DNA of 64,000 nucleotides from Candidatus Kapaibacterium sp. (GCA_963664875.1 OY761611.1:544001-608000), one strand, 5' to 3'; shown: positions 20,369 through 30,749, numbered from the stretch's first letter. The notes: a model not told the origin generated them from the letters alone. Translations and numbers: made by a program.

Positions 20369-21325
20369 TTAAGCTATAGATTTAGTAGAAAAAGATTTAA
20401 AAACTGATGCTTTTTCGAATTCTTCAGTCAATTCTTGTTTTAAAATAGTAAAAGCACTGTTTTTATCCAAAAAATCAGAATCATCTTCCCCGTCAAATAT
20501 CTCATTTGATAGATAAAGCGGAGCAGGCTTTTTGTCCATCGACCAAGACATATAGCCCATTTGCTTTGCAAACCACTCTGACATGGAGACAATAGCTGTC
20601 AACGGTTCATCAATTGCACCAAAAGCAGTGTTATCAGAGTTAGCTTGAATATCTTTACCATCTTTAACTTTTTCTTCTAATATATCCATAAAATATGTAT
20701 GGTGATTAGATATAGCATTACACAATCTATCAGGTAAGTTCCATTTTTCTGCAATCCATGCACCTATTTCTGCATGTGTTGTTTCCAATATTTCTTGCTC
20801 TGCTTCCGGTAAAGACAAAGATTTTGTTTCTTGTATTTCTCTTATTTTGACAAAATCAGTATGAAATGATTCGACTAATACCAACACACCTATATCATGC
20901 ATCAAACCGGTAACAAATGCCTCTCCGGCAAGTCTGTATCCTAACTTTCGAGCAAGTACTCTGGAAGATGTACCGCAAAAAACTGAATACTGCCAAAAAG
21001 AATTTACGTCAAATGATGACTTTTGGATTTTACTGAAAAACTTCTGTATTATTAAGCTCAAAATGATTTCTTTAATTGTATTGAGCCCCATAACCACTAC
21101 AGCTAAATCTATTGTTGATATTTTTCTGGCAAAGCCATAAAAAGGAGAATTCGCTACTTTTAAAACCTTTAGAGTTAGGGACTGATCATTTTCAATTATT
21201 TTTGCCAAACTTGCAGCACTAACATCAGGATTGTCTAATGCAGACAAAACCTGCGACATAACTGTTGGTATCGTAGGCAAATCTTTTAGAGACTCTAATT
21301 TTCTTTGTACCTTTTTACTAAGCAT
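20369..21325 (-). CDS. HDOD domain protein
   Basis: LPTIP, DQSLTLKVLKVANSPFYG, GLMHDIG, HAEIGAWIAEKWNLP, AISNHH. Confidence 0.93.
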   Translation of the reverse strand: MLSKKVQRKLESLKDLPTIPTVMSQVLSALDNPDVSAASLAKIIENDQSLTLKVLKVANSPFYGFARKISTIDLAVVVMGLNTIKEIILSLIIQKFFSKIQKSSFDVNSFWQYSVFCGTSSRVLARKLGYRLAGEAFVTGLMHDIGVLVLVESFHTDFVKIREIQETKSLSLPEAEQEILETTHAEIGAWIAEKWNLPDRLCNAISNHHTYFMDILEEKVKDGKDIQANSDNTAFGAIDEPLTAIVSMSEWFAKQMGYMSWSMDKKPAPLYLSNEIFDGEDDSDFLDKNSAFTILKQELTEEFEKASVFKSFSTKSIA

Positions 21326-22106
21326 TTTGAAATTCTTTCATTTTTTTTCTGAGATCTTTCATAACCTGACTGTGTATCTGACAAACTCTACTTTCCGATA
21401 CATCAATAAGCTTACCAATCTCTTTGAATGTTAGCTCTTCATAGTAATACAATGTAATAACTAATCTTTTCTTTTCCGGTAAATTTTGTAGATGTAAAAC
21501 TAAATGGTCCAATTTTTCTTCGTTTGTAATGGCATCTAAAGTTGATATTTGATCGTTGTCAGGAATCTCTTCCATCAGGTTTACATCATTATCATCAATA
21601 TTAAGAGGCATACTAAAAGATTCGTTCATAGAAAGAGAAGCTTTAGCAGCAGCAGCTGCAGCTAAGTAAGAATGGTACTGTTCGGGAGTTACCTGCAATT
21701 TCTTCATTATTTCATCAGGACTGATATCCGAACCTTTTTCAGTTCTCAGTTGGTCACTTGCATTGATGTATTCCGTTGCTTTTTTCCTTGCAGTCCTCGA
21801 AAGCCAATCTAATTTCCTTAATTCATCTTGAATAATTCCTCTGATTCTCGGGATTGCATACGATTCAAATTTCACCCCTCGTTCAGGGTCAAATCTTTTG
21901 ATAGATTCGTATAATCCTAAAATACCAAAATTCAGGAAATCATCCTCAGCGAGAAATGAATTACCGGGTAAGTGCATCTGCTGAATTACATATTTAATAA
22001 GCCATACATAATTCAAGACCAATTTATCCAAAGCATCTTTATCTTCATAAGAAGACTGAAACAATCTGTTCCACTCTTGGGTCATATCTACATTTTTTTT
22101 AGACAT
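21318..22106 (-). CDS. fliA: RNA polymerase sigma-28 factor FliA/WhiG
   Basis: GLYESIKRFDPERGVKFESYAIPRIRGIIQDELRKLDW and LYYYEELTFKEIG..VSESRVCQIH. Confidence 0.95.
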   Translation of the reverse strand: MSKKNVDMTQEWNRLFQSSYEDKDALDKLVLNYVWLIKYVIQQMHLPGNSFLAEDDFLNFGILGLYESIKRFDPERGVKFESYAIPRIRGIIQDELRKLDWLSRTARKKATEYINASDQLRTEKGSDISPDEIMKKLQVTPEQYHSYLAAAAAAKASLSMNESFSMPLNIDDNDVNLMEEIPDNDQISTLDAITNEEKLDHLVLHLQNLPEKKRLVITLYYYEELTFKEIGKLIDVSESRVCQIHSQVMKDLRKKMKEFQNA

Positions 22107-22125
22107 ATATTCTTATAACCCCTTT

Positions 22126-22974
22126 CTATTCATTTCTTCCATGTTTTTCAATATCCGGATAATCTTCTAAAGGAATAAATTCTTTCATTTGATTACCATC
22201 GGATTGAGCCTCTTCACTGTCTTCCATTTCTAAATCCATTTCAGGATTTGGAATATTTGTACTCTTGTTTTGTCCGGTTTTGGCATTTGTATTTACATCG
22301 CCAAGCTCTAAATCTATATCATATTTTTCTTTAGGTTCTTTAAATTCCGGCAAAGTAGGATTATCTAAATCTGTTTCTCCTAACATCTCGTTTATGATAC
22401 TGCCGGTAACCTCATCATTAGAAGCCTGCAGCTCTTTTTGAGTTTTATTTTTCAATTTCAGAGTTTCAGCCATTCTTCTTTCTTTAATCTCTTTTTCTAA
22501 GTCTTGCAGCTCTTGTAGTTCTTGCTGTTTAATCAGATCTTCTTCTACTCTGAGATTCATTTCTTCCTGTTTAGCCATTTCTATTAACTCAAGCTTTTTA
22601 TCTTCAGCTAACATATAGACATAAACAGACATCGCTCCGCCAAAAACCAAATATTGAACAAGCAATAAAAATGCTGTCCATTTTACAATGGATATTATAC
22701 TCATATCTGTAACAAATAAGAAAAAGATAAGAATCAGTAGAGTCAACATTGATATTACAAGATTTAGTATCTTATAAGGAAAATTTATCTCTTTTCTAAT
22801 TCTTTTCTTTTCTTGCTTGATTTTCTTATTTAGCTTAGCTTCTCGGCGCTTTTTGCGTTTATCGCGTTCCTTTTTTCTTTTTTCACGCTCAGCAAGCTCC
22901 GCTTTCTCAAGAGCTAATCTTTCCTTTTCCCTCTTCTTTTCTTCAGGCGTCATTTGTTTTTTTTCTGCAGCCAT
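22126..22974 (-). CDS. Two-TM membrane protein with coiled-coil termini; FlgV-like by position
   Basis: K/E/R-rich N-terminal helix, two TM helices, acidic C-terminal tail; lies between flhG and fliA. Confidence 0.5.
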   Translation of the reverse strand: MAAEKKQMTPEEKKREKERLALEKAELAEREKRKKERDKRKKRREAKLNKKIKQEKKRIRKEINFPYKILNLVISMLTLLILIFFLFVTDMSIISIVKWTAFLLLVQYLVFGGAMSVYVYMLAEDKKLELIEMAKQEEMNLRVEEDLIKQQELQELQDLEKEIKERRMAETLKLKNKTQKELQASNDEVTGSIINEMLGETDLDNPTLPEFKEPKEKYDIDLELGDVNTNAKTGQNKSTNIPNPEMDLEMEDSEEAQSDGNQMKEFIPLEDYPDIEKHGRNE

Positions 22975-23027
22975 AAGTCTAAACCTGAATTAGTGGGCAA
23001 TCCTTTGCCGTAATAAAAAAAACGATA

Positions 23028-23825
23028 CTATCTTTGTTGTATTTTTGAAATAATTGAAGATGCAATTTTTGATATCGCGTAATATACCTCAGAATCTCTA
23101 TATGCATCTATAAATAAATTTTGATTTAGAATCGATTGACGAATATTTCGATCATACGGTACATATCCAAATATAGCAAATTTATTGTCTAAAAACTCTT
23201 TTGTTGCCGAATTTAGTTTTGTAGAAATGTCTTCTGCGTCTTCATAATCAATAACATTGTTAACTAATAGTTGTATCTTGTCATCTGCGACGTGGTCGCG
23301 CAATATTTTTATTAACGCATAAGCATCAAGTAAACTGGTTGGTTCATCAGTTACTGTTACAACAGTTAAATCTGATATTCTGCATGTATTTAGTACCTCA
23401 GAAGATGCCCCGGCAGCAGTATCAAATATAATAAAATCATAATCACTTTCTGTAATTATCTCTGCAAATGCCGGCAATATTGCACTCCCGTCAAAAATAT
23501 CCCTTCCGGTAGAAATTGGAATATCAGCAATCAAATCGAGGTTGTTGCCAATATTAAAAATAGTTTGTGAGGCAGACACTCTCCCTGCGTATAAATCAGT
23601 TGCTCTTACAGGAGGTTCCACGCCGAATATTAAATGCAAATTTGGAAATAGCATATCTGTATCCCAAATAAGAACTTTGCAATCCTTTTGAGACAGAGAT
23701 TTTGCAATATTTGCGGATAAGACACTCTTGCCTACTCCACCTTTACCGCTGCAAACAGTAATAATGTAGGGAAGTTGCTTTTCTACAACTGCAGTTTGTT
23801 TGTTATATATATGCTTTTCGTTCAT
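23028..23825 (-). CDS. flhG: MinD-like flagellar number regulator FlhG/FleN
   Basis: SGKGGVGKS deviant Walker A, DTAAG, EPTSLLDAYALIK; directly after flhF. Confidence 0.9.
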   Translation of the reverse strand: MNEKHIYNKQTAVVEKQLPYIITVCSGKGGVGKSVLSANIAKSLSQKDCKVLIWDTDMLFPNLHLIFGVEPPVRATDLYAGRVSASQTIFNIGNNLDLIADIPISTGRDIFDGSAILPAFAEIITESDYDFIIFDTAAGASSEVLNTCRISDLTVVTVTDEPTSLLDAYALIKILRDHVADDKIQLLVNNVIDYEDAEDISTKLNSATKEFLDNKFAIFGYVPYDRNIRQSILNQNLFIDAYRDSEVYYAISKIASSIISKIQQR

Positions 23826-23826
23826 A

Positions 23827-24954
23827 TTATATAATATCATCAGGAAGAATTATTTTACTTAACTTTGCACGATCAGCCGGTTCTAAATCCTCTGGTATCT
23901 TTTGTCCTGATGAGACATAAACCAGAGGCAAATCGGTTCTAGAAAGAATTGGCAATATCGAGCCAATCTCTTCTGTTTCATCAAGTTTTGTCAAAATCAG
24001 TCCATTAGGTTTAAACCTGTCATATATCTTTAGCGATTTCTCAAATGTATGCCTATTGACCGCTGCGCTTTCTACAAGGTAAACTATGGCGTTAGGCACT
24101 GCATCTAAAAATAACTTTAACTCATCTAAATGCTCAGTATCCTTATAGCTTTTACCGGAAGTATCGATAAAGATAAAATCTCTTTTCTCTTCTTCATTTA
24201 TTAAGTTTTTCAACTCATCAGGAGAATAGACAGACTTAAAAGGCATCGAAACAATTGACGCAAATGTCTGTAACTGTTCTGCTCCTCCTACTTTATATGT
24301 ATCAGCAGATACTAACAAAATATTTGCTTTCGAGAGTATTTTATTTACAACAGCTATTTTGACTAATGTACTTGTCTTTCCAACACCGCTATGTCCTATA
24401 AAAACAACTATTTGCCTTTGATCTTTTTTAATCAGAGGTCGCATTGTGTCTAATCTTTCAACAATAACCTTTCTGGCTAATGCATAAGCTTCTTCATATT
24501 TTGCATTGGAGTTATAAGCAGATACTCTTGCCACAACTTCAATTGCATATTTCTCAATAAGTCCGCCATCGATAAGTTTTTTATATAGTTTTGCAAACCC
24601 CTCATTTAAAAAACTCTTATAATGATATTTCATATTTTCTGAAATATCCAGTACTAAATCTTTCAATGCTTCAATCTCACTTTTGATATCAGTATTATAT
24701 GAGCTTGAGAATTGGTCATTATTGTCAGATTTTTTTCGACTTAATGCATTGATTAAAGCAGATCGTTTATCATTGGCTGGTTTTATATTGTCTTGCTTAT
24801 CATCAGTAGCTGCTACAATTTCGACTCCTTCTCCACCGGTCTCAGGATTGATGATTGATCTAGATGACAAGATAACTGCATCCTCACCAAGTTCGGCGAG
24901 AATGTGTCTTTTGCCTTCAGACAGAGTGTTTGCTATATACTTTTTTATTTTCAT
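23827..24954 (-). CDS. flhF: Flagellar SRP-type GTPase FlhF
   Basis: MKIKKY..ELGEDAVILSSR N-terminus; GHSGVGKTST, DTYKVGGAEQL, DTSG, TKLDE, GQKIPEDL. Confidence 0.94.
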   Translation of the reverse strand: MKIKKYIANTLSEGKRHILAELGEDAVILSSRSIINPETGGEGVEIVAATDDKQDNIKPANDKRSALINALSRKKSDNNDQFSSSYNTDIKSEIEALKDLVLDISENMKYHYKSFLNEGFAKLYKKLIDGGLIEKYAIEVVARVSAYNSNAKYEEAYALARKVIVERLDTMRPLIKKDQRQIVVFIGHSGVGKTSTLVKIAVVNKILSKANILLVSADTYKVGGAEQLQTFASIVSMPFKSVYSPDELKNLINEEEKRDFIFIDTSGKSYKDTEHLDELKLFLDAVPNAIVYLVESAAVNRHTFEKSLKIYDRFKPNGLILTKLDETEEIGSILPILSRTDLPLVYVSSGQKIPEDLEPADRAKLSKIILPDDII

Positions 24955-24984
24955 AACTAATCTTGTAAATTTTTACTCAAAGAC

Positions 24985-25000
24985 AGAAAAAATCGTGCCA
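24985..25000 (-). promoter_or_regulatory. Sigma54-like promoter of the flhF operon
   Basis: Minus strand TGGCACGATTTTTTCT: perfect TGGCACG -24 box, -12 box TTTCT (one mismatch to TTGCT), 30 nt before the flhF ATG. Confidence 0.55.
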
Positions 25001-25197
25001 TTCTTACGTTTACTGAATATTTTTAGCTATATATTGGTATAGATTATAGCATTACATATAAGTTATCTGATTATTAGATTCAATATAATTGTTATAGCTG
25101 TACTTCGTATCAACTTTTCTTTTCTCTCGATAATATGTATTTTGTGTATTCGTGATAAAAGTATCGATAAATGCAAAACTATATAAGGAATTTTAGA

Positions 25198-26592
25198 ATG
25201 TCAATGAGAATTGAAAAAGATTCTATGGGCGAAATCCAAGTACCTATAGATGTTTATTATGGAGCACAATCTGCACGCTCCCTTATTCATTTTAACATCG
25301 GTATCGAAAAAATGCCTCGTGAAGTAATCAGGGGTATGGGGATTTTAAAAAAAGCTGCAGCTTTAACTAATGCAAAATTAGGAGTTTTGTCGCAGGATAA
25401 ATGCGAAATGATTTGTAAAGCAGCTGATGAAGTTATTGAAGGCAAGTTAGACAATCACTTCCCACTATCAATCTGGCAAACCGGTTCGGGAACTCAGTCC
25501 AATATGAACAGCAACGAAGTAATTGCAAACAGAGCAATAGAAATGGCTGGTGGGGTCATGGGCTCAAAATCTCCTATCCACCCAAATGATGATGTAAATA
25601 AATCTCAAAGCTCTAATGATACATTCCCTACTGCAATGCATATATCTGCTGCTGAAGATTTGAATAACAGATTGCTTCCTGCTATAAAAATTCTTAGAGA
25701 TACTTTAAATGCAAAATCAAATGAATTTCAAGATATTATAAAAGTTGGAAGAACTCACCTTCAGGATGCGGTTCCTCTTACATTAGGGCAGGAAATTTCA
25801 GGTTGGGTTCAGCAGCTTGATAATGCTATTGAAAGAGTAAAATTGGTACTTCCGGGATTATATGAATTAGCTCTCGGTGGCACAGCTGTTGGGACTGGCT
25901 TAAATGCTCATCCTGATTTTGCAAAAACTTCCGCTGCTCAGATAGCAGAACTTACAGGTCTTCCATTTGTTTCCGCTCCTAACAAATTTGAAGCGTTAGC
26001 TGCACACGATGCTATTGTTTTTGCACATGGTGCATTGAAAACATTAGCTGCTTCGCTAATGAAAATTGCAAACGATGTTAGATGGTTGGCTTCCGGTCCT
26101 CGATGTGGTATCGGTGAGTTGATTATCCCAGAAAATGAACCAGGTTCTTCTATAATGCCCGGAAAAGTAAATCCAACTCAATCAGAAGCAATGACTATGG
26201 TAGTAGCTCAGGTTATGGGTAATGATGCCACTATCAATTTTGCCGGCTCTCAAGGTAACTTCGAGCTGAATGTATTCAAGCCTGTTATGATTTACAATTT
26301 CTTGCAAAGCTCACGTTTGCTCTCTGATACTATGACCATGTTTAACGAACATTGTGCTGTTGGTATCCAACCAAACAGAGAAAAAATTGAATACTTACTC
26401 CAAAATACTTTAATGTTAGTCACTGCTCTAAATCCACACATTGGATATGACAACGCTGCAAAAATAGCAAAACATGCCCACAAAACAGGTGGAACATTGA
26501 AAGAAGCAGCAGTTGAGTTAGGCTTATTGACTTCCGAAGAATTTGACGCCAAAGTCAAACCTGCAGAAATGACATCGCCAAACGTGAAATAG
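25198..26592 (+). CDS. fumC: Class II fumarate hydratase
   Basis: [41 protein letters not shown] signature. Confidence 0.97.
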   Translation: MSMRIEKDSMGEIQVPIDVYYGAQSARSLIHFNIGIEKMPREVIRGMGILKKAAALTNAKLGVLSQDKCEMICKAADEVIEGKLDNHFPLSIWQTGSGTQSNMNSNEVIANRAIEMAGGVMGSKSPIHPNDDVNKSQSSNDTFPTAMHISAAEDLNNRLLPAIKILRDTLNAKSNEFQDIIKVGRTHLQDAVPLTLGQEISGWVQQLDNAIERVKLVLPGLYELALGGTAVGTGLNAHPDFAKTSAAQIAELTGLPFVSAPNKFEALAAHDAIVFAHGALKTLAASLMKIANDVRWLASGPRCGIGELIIPENEPGSSIMPGKVNPTQSEAMTMVVAQVMGNDATINFAGSQGNFELNVFKPVMIYNFLQSSRLLSDTMTMFNEHCAVGIQPNREKIEYLLQNTLMLVTALNPHIGYDNAAKIAKHAHKTGGTLKEAAVELGLLTSEEFDAKVKPAEMTSPNVK

Positions 26593-26613
26593 TTTCTATT
26601 CTTCATAAACTTC

Positions 26614-26649
26614 AGAGGCACAAACTATTGTTAGCTTGTGCCTCTTTTT
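26614..26649 (+). terminator. Intrinsic terminator after fumC
   Basis: agaggcacaa...ttgtgcctct followed by tttt. Confidence 0.8.
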
Positions 26650-26686
26650 GATTGCAACACTTTTTCTCTAGTTGTATAGTAATATA

Positions 26687-29600
26687 TTACTTTACAAATT
26701 TCGTTGACTTATTCGAAGACCCATTTATGATATCTAAAATATATACACCTTTTGGATAATTAGCAAAAGGTATATCAAGATTCTCAGAAACAGAATCAAA
26801 AATATGATCATTAGAATAAACCACTTCTCCAAGCAGATTGGATATTCTGACAAATGTTCTTTGATTTGATGCATTTGTGATTTGAATATGCAAATTATTT
26901 ACGACAGGGTTTGGAGATACAGATAAAACAATATCCGAATTATACTTCTCGAAAACTGAAGTAGAAGATATTTTTATTTCCTCGATATTAGAAATTCCGG
27001 TCTGTAAATTATCTACGTTATCTGATGCAATTGTATAGAATTTAAAAATAGAATCTCTTTCTTTATCAATTGGAAAATCTATATTTTCCTTGTAAGATTC
27101 ACCAAATAGCTGATATGGAGCATTGTTGATTGAGCCGAATAAATAATATTTTCCTATTCCTGAACCTGATTTATTGTCCTGACCTGCTAACAATATTTTG
27201 AGCTCATTTTCCCCATGAGTATAACCAATAGGGTTGATTGTTGCCACAGGTGAAACATTGTCGATTATATTTATCCAAGTATTTGTTTGGATAGGCTCGT
27301 TTATATCAAAAATAATTGACGCACTATTTTTTATCTCGATTCCGGAATACACCGATTCCTTAAGAGCAACTGAGAAATCAACCCAGCCTTCACCTTGCGG
27401 AGGTGTAATATTTGGTTCTAATTCTATTCCCTCTATATACCACCTCAACACGTTTCCGTTCCTATCTATTTGCCAATCGTATTGACTACCTTCGTGACTT
27501 TTTCTTCCAAACTTAACAGTACTTAGATCAAATATCTCAGCATCTAAGGTATCCAGTATTTCTATTCTATAAGCTGCTGCACCGGCATCCTTAACATTTT
27601 CAAATTGTATTCTGTAGTTGACGACAGATAATTCTTTTACAAAATTTCGTTGTCCATGTCCGTTGGGACCTACAATTGCATTAGGATCTCGAGAAGTAAC
27701 TATTTCTTTCTCTTTGGTCTGAACAGTAATCGGTTCTGTCTTTTTATCAATTCCATAAAGCCCGAGGTCCTTATTGATCCAATGAAATATTCTTCTTCGA
27801 TAAGAATCACTAATTTTATGCACAAATTCTGCAGCACTACCTATTTTAAATAAGACTTTTGAAACAGGATTAGTATTTGATATTTTTTCTGCTACATATT
27901 TTACCGCGGTCTTAAGTACAAAGACACCTTTCCCTTCTTTCTTTTTCTTAGTTTTCAATTGGCTTACAGTCAAATTCATCGCCCGTGCGTACTCTTTGTA
28001 TTCTTCATCGCTAAGCTCGGCGAAATCACTTAGTTCTTTAGCTATATAGTCTTCTGCTTTTTCTTTACCGAGTTTCTTTCCAAAACCTGCCAATGTTAAT
28101 CTTTGAACTCCGGATAAAGTGTGATTACTAACAGAACCAATATTAGGTAAGCCTTCGACAATTACATCAAAAGAGTATTCTTCTAAAGGTCCTAAGTACG
28201 GTACAAGAAAAACTAATGCATCTTCCCTATTGCCTATTGAATCTATAGGTATTAGCTCTAAATCTCCGTTTGTTGGCAATTCGACTCCGGTAAAATGGAT
28301 TTGATCTGTATTGTCAAAACATAGTATAAACGGTTGGGTTTCAGTTTTAGAAACATTGAACAGATTTATAGTAAACCTTGTTGGTGCTGCTATCCTTACG
28401 TCATTGCGTCCTGTATAATTCATATATATTGGGGATTCAATAGGAACTCCTGCCTCTACAGAACCTATAACAAAGTCACCAAATGCAGTTAAATGTGACT
28501 CTACTTTGTTAGAAACCCCTATCTGAAAATAGTTTTCTTCTTTATTATGCTCTACAAACTCTCCGAAACTAATAAGCTCCCAACTTGTACCTTGATCAGT
28601 ACTATGAAAAACATTCAAATCGTCTTCATTCAATCCATCCAAGTCTTTATCTTCATAATGCAATGTCATAATGTAACTGTAATTTTGCAATTCACCTATA
28701 GGCTCAATCCGCCACCATCTACTAATAGTTCCTTCGATATTAGGATATTTTTGCTGATATGTAGTTATTTCTGTCCCTTTATAAATCCCATCCCAGTTTC
28801 TAAGTTGATAGTATAAGAAACTTTCGTTCGGAGAATCAAAGGTGTTGTAGCTCCACGAATTATTTACATAATGGACTCTATAAAAATCACCATCAATATT
28901 AAATTTTGCCCCATTATTACTAATATAAAGTGAGCTTCCAGATTGATTATCCAAATATAACGTAGTATTTATAGGAACTTGCAAATCTGCATAAAGTTCT
29001 AATTTACCGGCAATATGAGTATTTCCAAATATACTATAGCTGCCACCCGGGGCTTTGTAATCTTCGTTGTAGATATAAACATTAGACTGAAAATCTCCAC
29101 CAAATAGTCTGTTTTCATTTTTGGTATAGAGGTAAAGATTAGATATTCCTGTACTACCGTAGTTATAGCAATCTCCGATTACTGAAATTTTAAAGCTTAT
29201 CGGTGCAACTAAATTCCCATCGACAAGTAATGTATCATGGCTCAATAAGCCATAATTATAAAATTTTCCGGTTACGTTAATTGGCGTAAGATGTTTACCT
29301 GATGATACCACAACATTATCGTCCACCGTAAAGTCGCCTACGATTTCCATATGCTTAATAATTGCAAAAGTCGGACTTTTGATTGTTATATTTCCGTCTA
29401 TTGTCCCGTATAATATAGACTTATCAATATTAAAGACAGAACTATTTGTTTGAATCCTTACCCTAAAATCAGAGTTGGTATTGAATGTATTATAATAGCC
29501 GTCATAAGTAGGTTCATCACCGGTTAAAAACACATCATATCCATCTAAATTAAGCATTTGCTGAGGATTAGAACTGGAAGTAACAATTGTATTTTTAAAC

Positions 29601-30103
29601 TTAAGATCGGAAATAGCTATTGCAGGATTTTTTGTATTTATATTAAAAGAACTACATTCTATATAGTTTTCTGTTAATATTGTAGCATTATCTCCGTTGA
29701 GCCTGATGTAACGAGGACTTAGCGTGCCATAATTTTTTAAATTGCCATTGATGTCTATATCAAAATAGTCATCATAATCAACAATTTCTCCATAATTAGT
29801 TAAATTACCTGCAATATTCAAAGAAGATAGTCCAGAAGAGTTTTCCAATCTGATAACTTTGCCGTTTGGTTCAATATTCAAATTATTCATTCTGTAAGTT
29901 TTAGTTGAATAGCTTTGACCCGGACAATAAATCGTAGAATTGATTAAAACGTCGTCTGCTTCAGTAGGTACAATATTTCCAACCCAAGAAGCGGGATTAT
30001 CCCAATTACCTCCAACAGGTGAACTGGTAATAGTCTTTGACACAACAAACATGGTATTTGTAATGATTATTACAAATATCAAGGGTAGCAATCTGATTCG
30101 CAT
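26687..30103 (-). CDS. Large T9SS-secreted surface protein (beta-helix-like N-terminus, SxDPN Ig-like domain, CTD)
   Basis: Signal peptide, GGNWDNPASW.G.VP...DDV.I start motif, SRDPN..YRIQFEN..DTLD..NSASIIFD.N.PI.TN domain, CTD SPNPV..SNLLGEVV..KGVYIL..TKFVK. Confidence 0.85.
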   Translation of the reverse strand: MRIRLLPLIFVIIITNTMFVVSKTITSSPVGGNWDNPASWVGNIVPTEADDVLINSTIYCPGQSYSTKTYRMNNLNIEPNGKVIRLENSSGLSSLNIAGNLTNYGEIVDYDDYFDIDINGNLKNYGTLSPRYIRLNGDNATILTENYIECSSFNINTKNPAIAISDLKFKNTIVTSSSNPQQMLNLDGYDVFLTGDEPTYDGYYNTFNTNSDFRVRIQTNSSVFNIDKSILYGTIDGNITIKSPTFAIIKHMEIVGDFTVDDNVVVSSGKHLTPINVTGKFYNYGLLSHDTLLVDGNLVAPISFKISVIGDCYNYGSTGISNLYLYTKNENRLFGGDFQSNVYIYNEDYKAPGGSYSIFGNTHIAGKLELYADLQVPINTTLYLDNQSGSSLYISNNGAKFNIDGDFYRVHYVNNSWSYNTFDSPNESFLYYQLRNWDGIYKGTEITTYQQKYPNIEGTISRWWRIEPIGELQNYSYIMTLHYEDKDLDGLNEDDLNVFHSTDQGTSWELISFGEFVEHNKEENYFQIGVSNKVESHLTAFGDFVIGSVEAGVPIESPIYMNYTGRNDVRIAAPTRFTINLFNVSKTETQPFILCFDNTDQIHFTGVELPTNGDLELIPIDSIGNREDALVFLVPYLGPLEEYSFDVIVEGLPNIGSVSNHTLSGVQRLTLAGFGKKLGKEKAEDYIAKELSDFAELSDEEYKEYARAMNLTVSQLKTKKKKEGKGVFVLKTAVKYVAEKISNTNPVSKVLFKIGSAAEFVHKISDSYRRRIFHWINKDLGLYGIDKKTEPITVQTKEKEIVTSRDPNAIVGPNGHGQRNFVKELSVVNYRIQFENVKDAGAAAYRIEILDTLDAEIFDLSTVKFGRKSHEGSQYDWQIDRNGNVLRWYIEGIELEPNITPPQGEGWVDFSVALKESVYSGIEIKNSASIIFDINEPIQTNTWINIIDNVSPVATINPIGYTHGENELKILLAGQDNKSGSGIGKYYLFGSINNAPYQLFGESYKENIDFPIDKERDSIFKFYTIASDNVDNLQTGISNIEEIKISSTSVFEKYNSDIVLSVSPNPVVNNLHIQITNASNQRTFVRISNLLGEVVYSNDHIFDSVSENLDIPFANYPKGVYILDIINGSSNKSTKFVK

Positions 30104-30169
30104 GGACGCACCTAAAAAAGTAGTTGTTAATTATACTTTTGAATATATGTAATTACTCTTTCAGATACA

Positions 30170-30206
30170 ATAAAATAAAGCCTATATAAACATAATTATA
30201 TAGGCT
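30170..30206 (-). terminator. Intrinsic terminator after nuoI
   Basis: agcctatata...tatataggct stem with a T-rich tail on the minus strand. Confidence 0.6.
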
Positions 30207-30233
30207 AACAAATTTTTTTAGAAAAGAAGATAT

Positions 30234-30731
30234 CTATTTATAATATCTCAGGTACTCTAATCTATCCTGTAACTTATGCACAGGTACTAAAAGTTTTTCT
30301 TTGCCGAGTATAGCAGAATCAAGACTTGTAAACACTATATCATAATCTTTAGACATCACTATTGCCTCTTCCGGACATACTTCTTCGCAATATCCACAGA
30401 AGATACATCTCAACATATTTATTTCAAATTTCTCCGGGAAACGTTCTTTGTCTCTTTCAGTTTCAGCAGCTTGCACTTCTATTGCAAGTGCAGGACATAC
30501 TCTTGAGCATAGCCCACAGGCAACACATCTTTCACCTTCGTCTTCCTGAACTAAAACAGGTCTTCCACGATACGAACCTGAGGGTTCCCATCTTTCTTCA
30601 GGATACTGTCTTGTCATTTTAGGTTTTAAGGCTCTTTTAAATGTCATTCCGAGACCTTTTACTATCTCAGTGAGATATGTTCGTTCCCAAAAGGTCATTC
30701 TTTCTGCTTCTGTATTTTTAGTATTATTCAT
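30234..30731 (-). CDS. nuoI: NADH-quinone oxidoreductase subunit I
   Basis: [12 protein letters not shown] and [12 protein letters not shown] 2x[4Fe-4S] motifs; QYPEE. Confidence 0.97.
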   Translation of the reverse strand: MNNTKNTEAERMTFWERTYLTEIVKGLGMTFKRALKPKMTRQYPEERWEPSGSYRGRPVLVQEDEGERCVACGLCSRVCPALAIEVQAAETERDKERFPEKFEINMLRCIFCGYCEEVCPEEAIVMSKDYDIVFTSLDSAILGKEKLLVPVHKLQDRLEYLRYYK

Positions 30732-30749
30732 ATCAATTTTCTCTAATCA

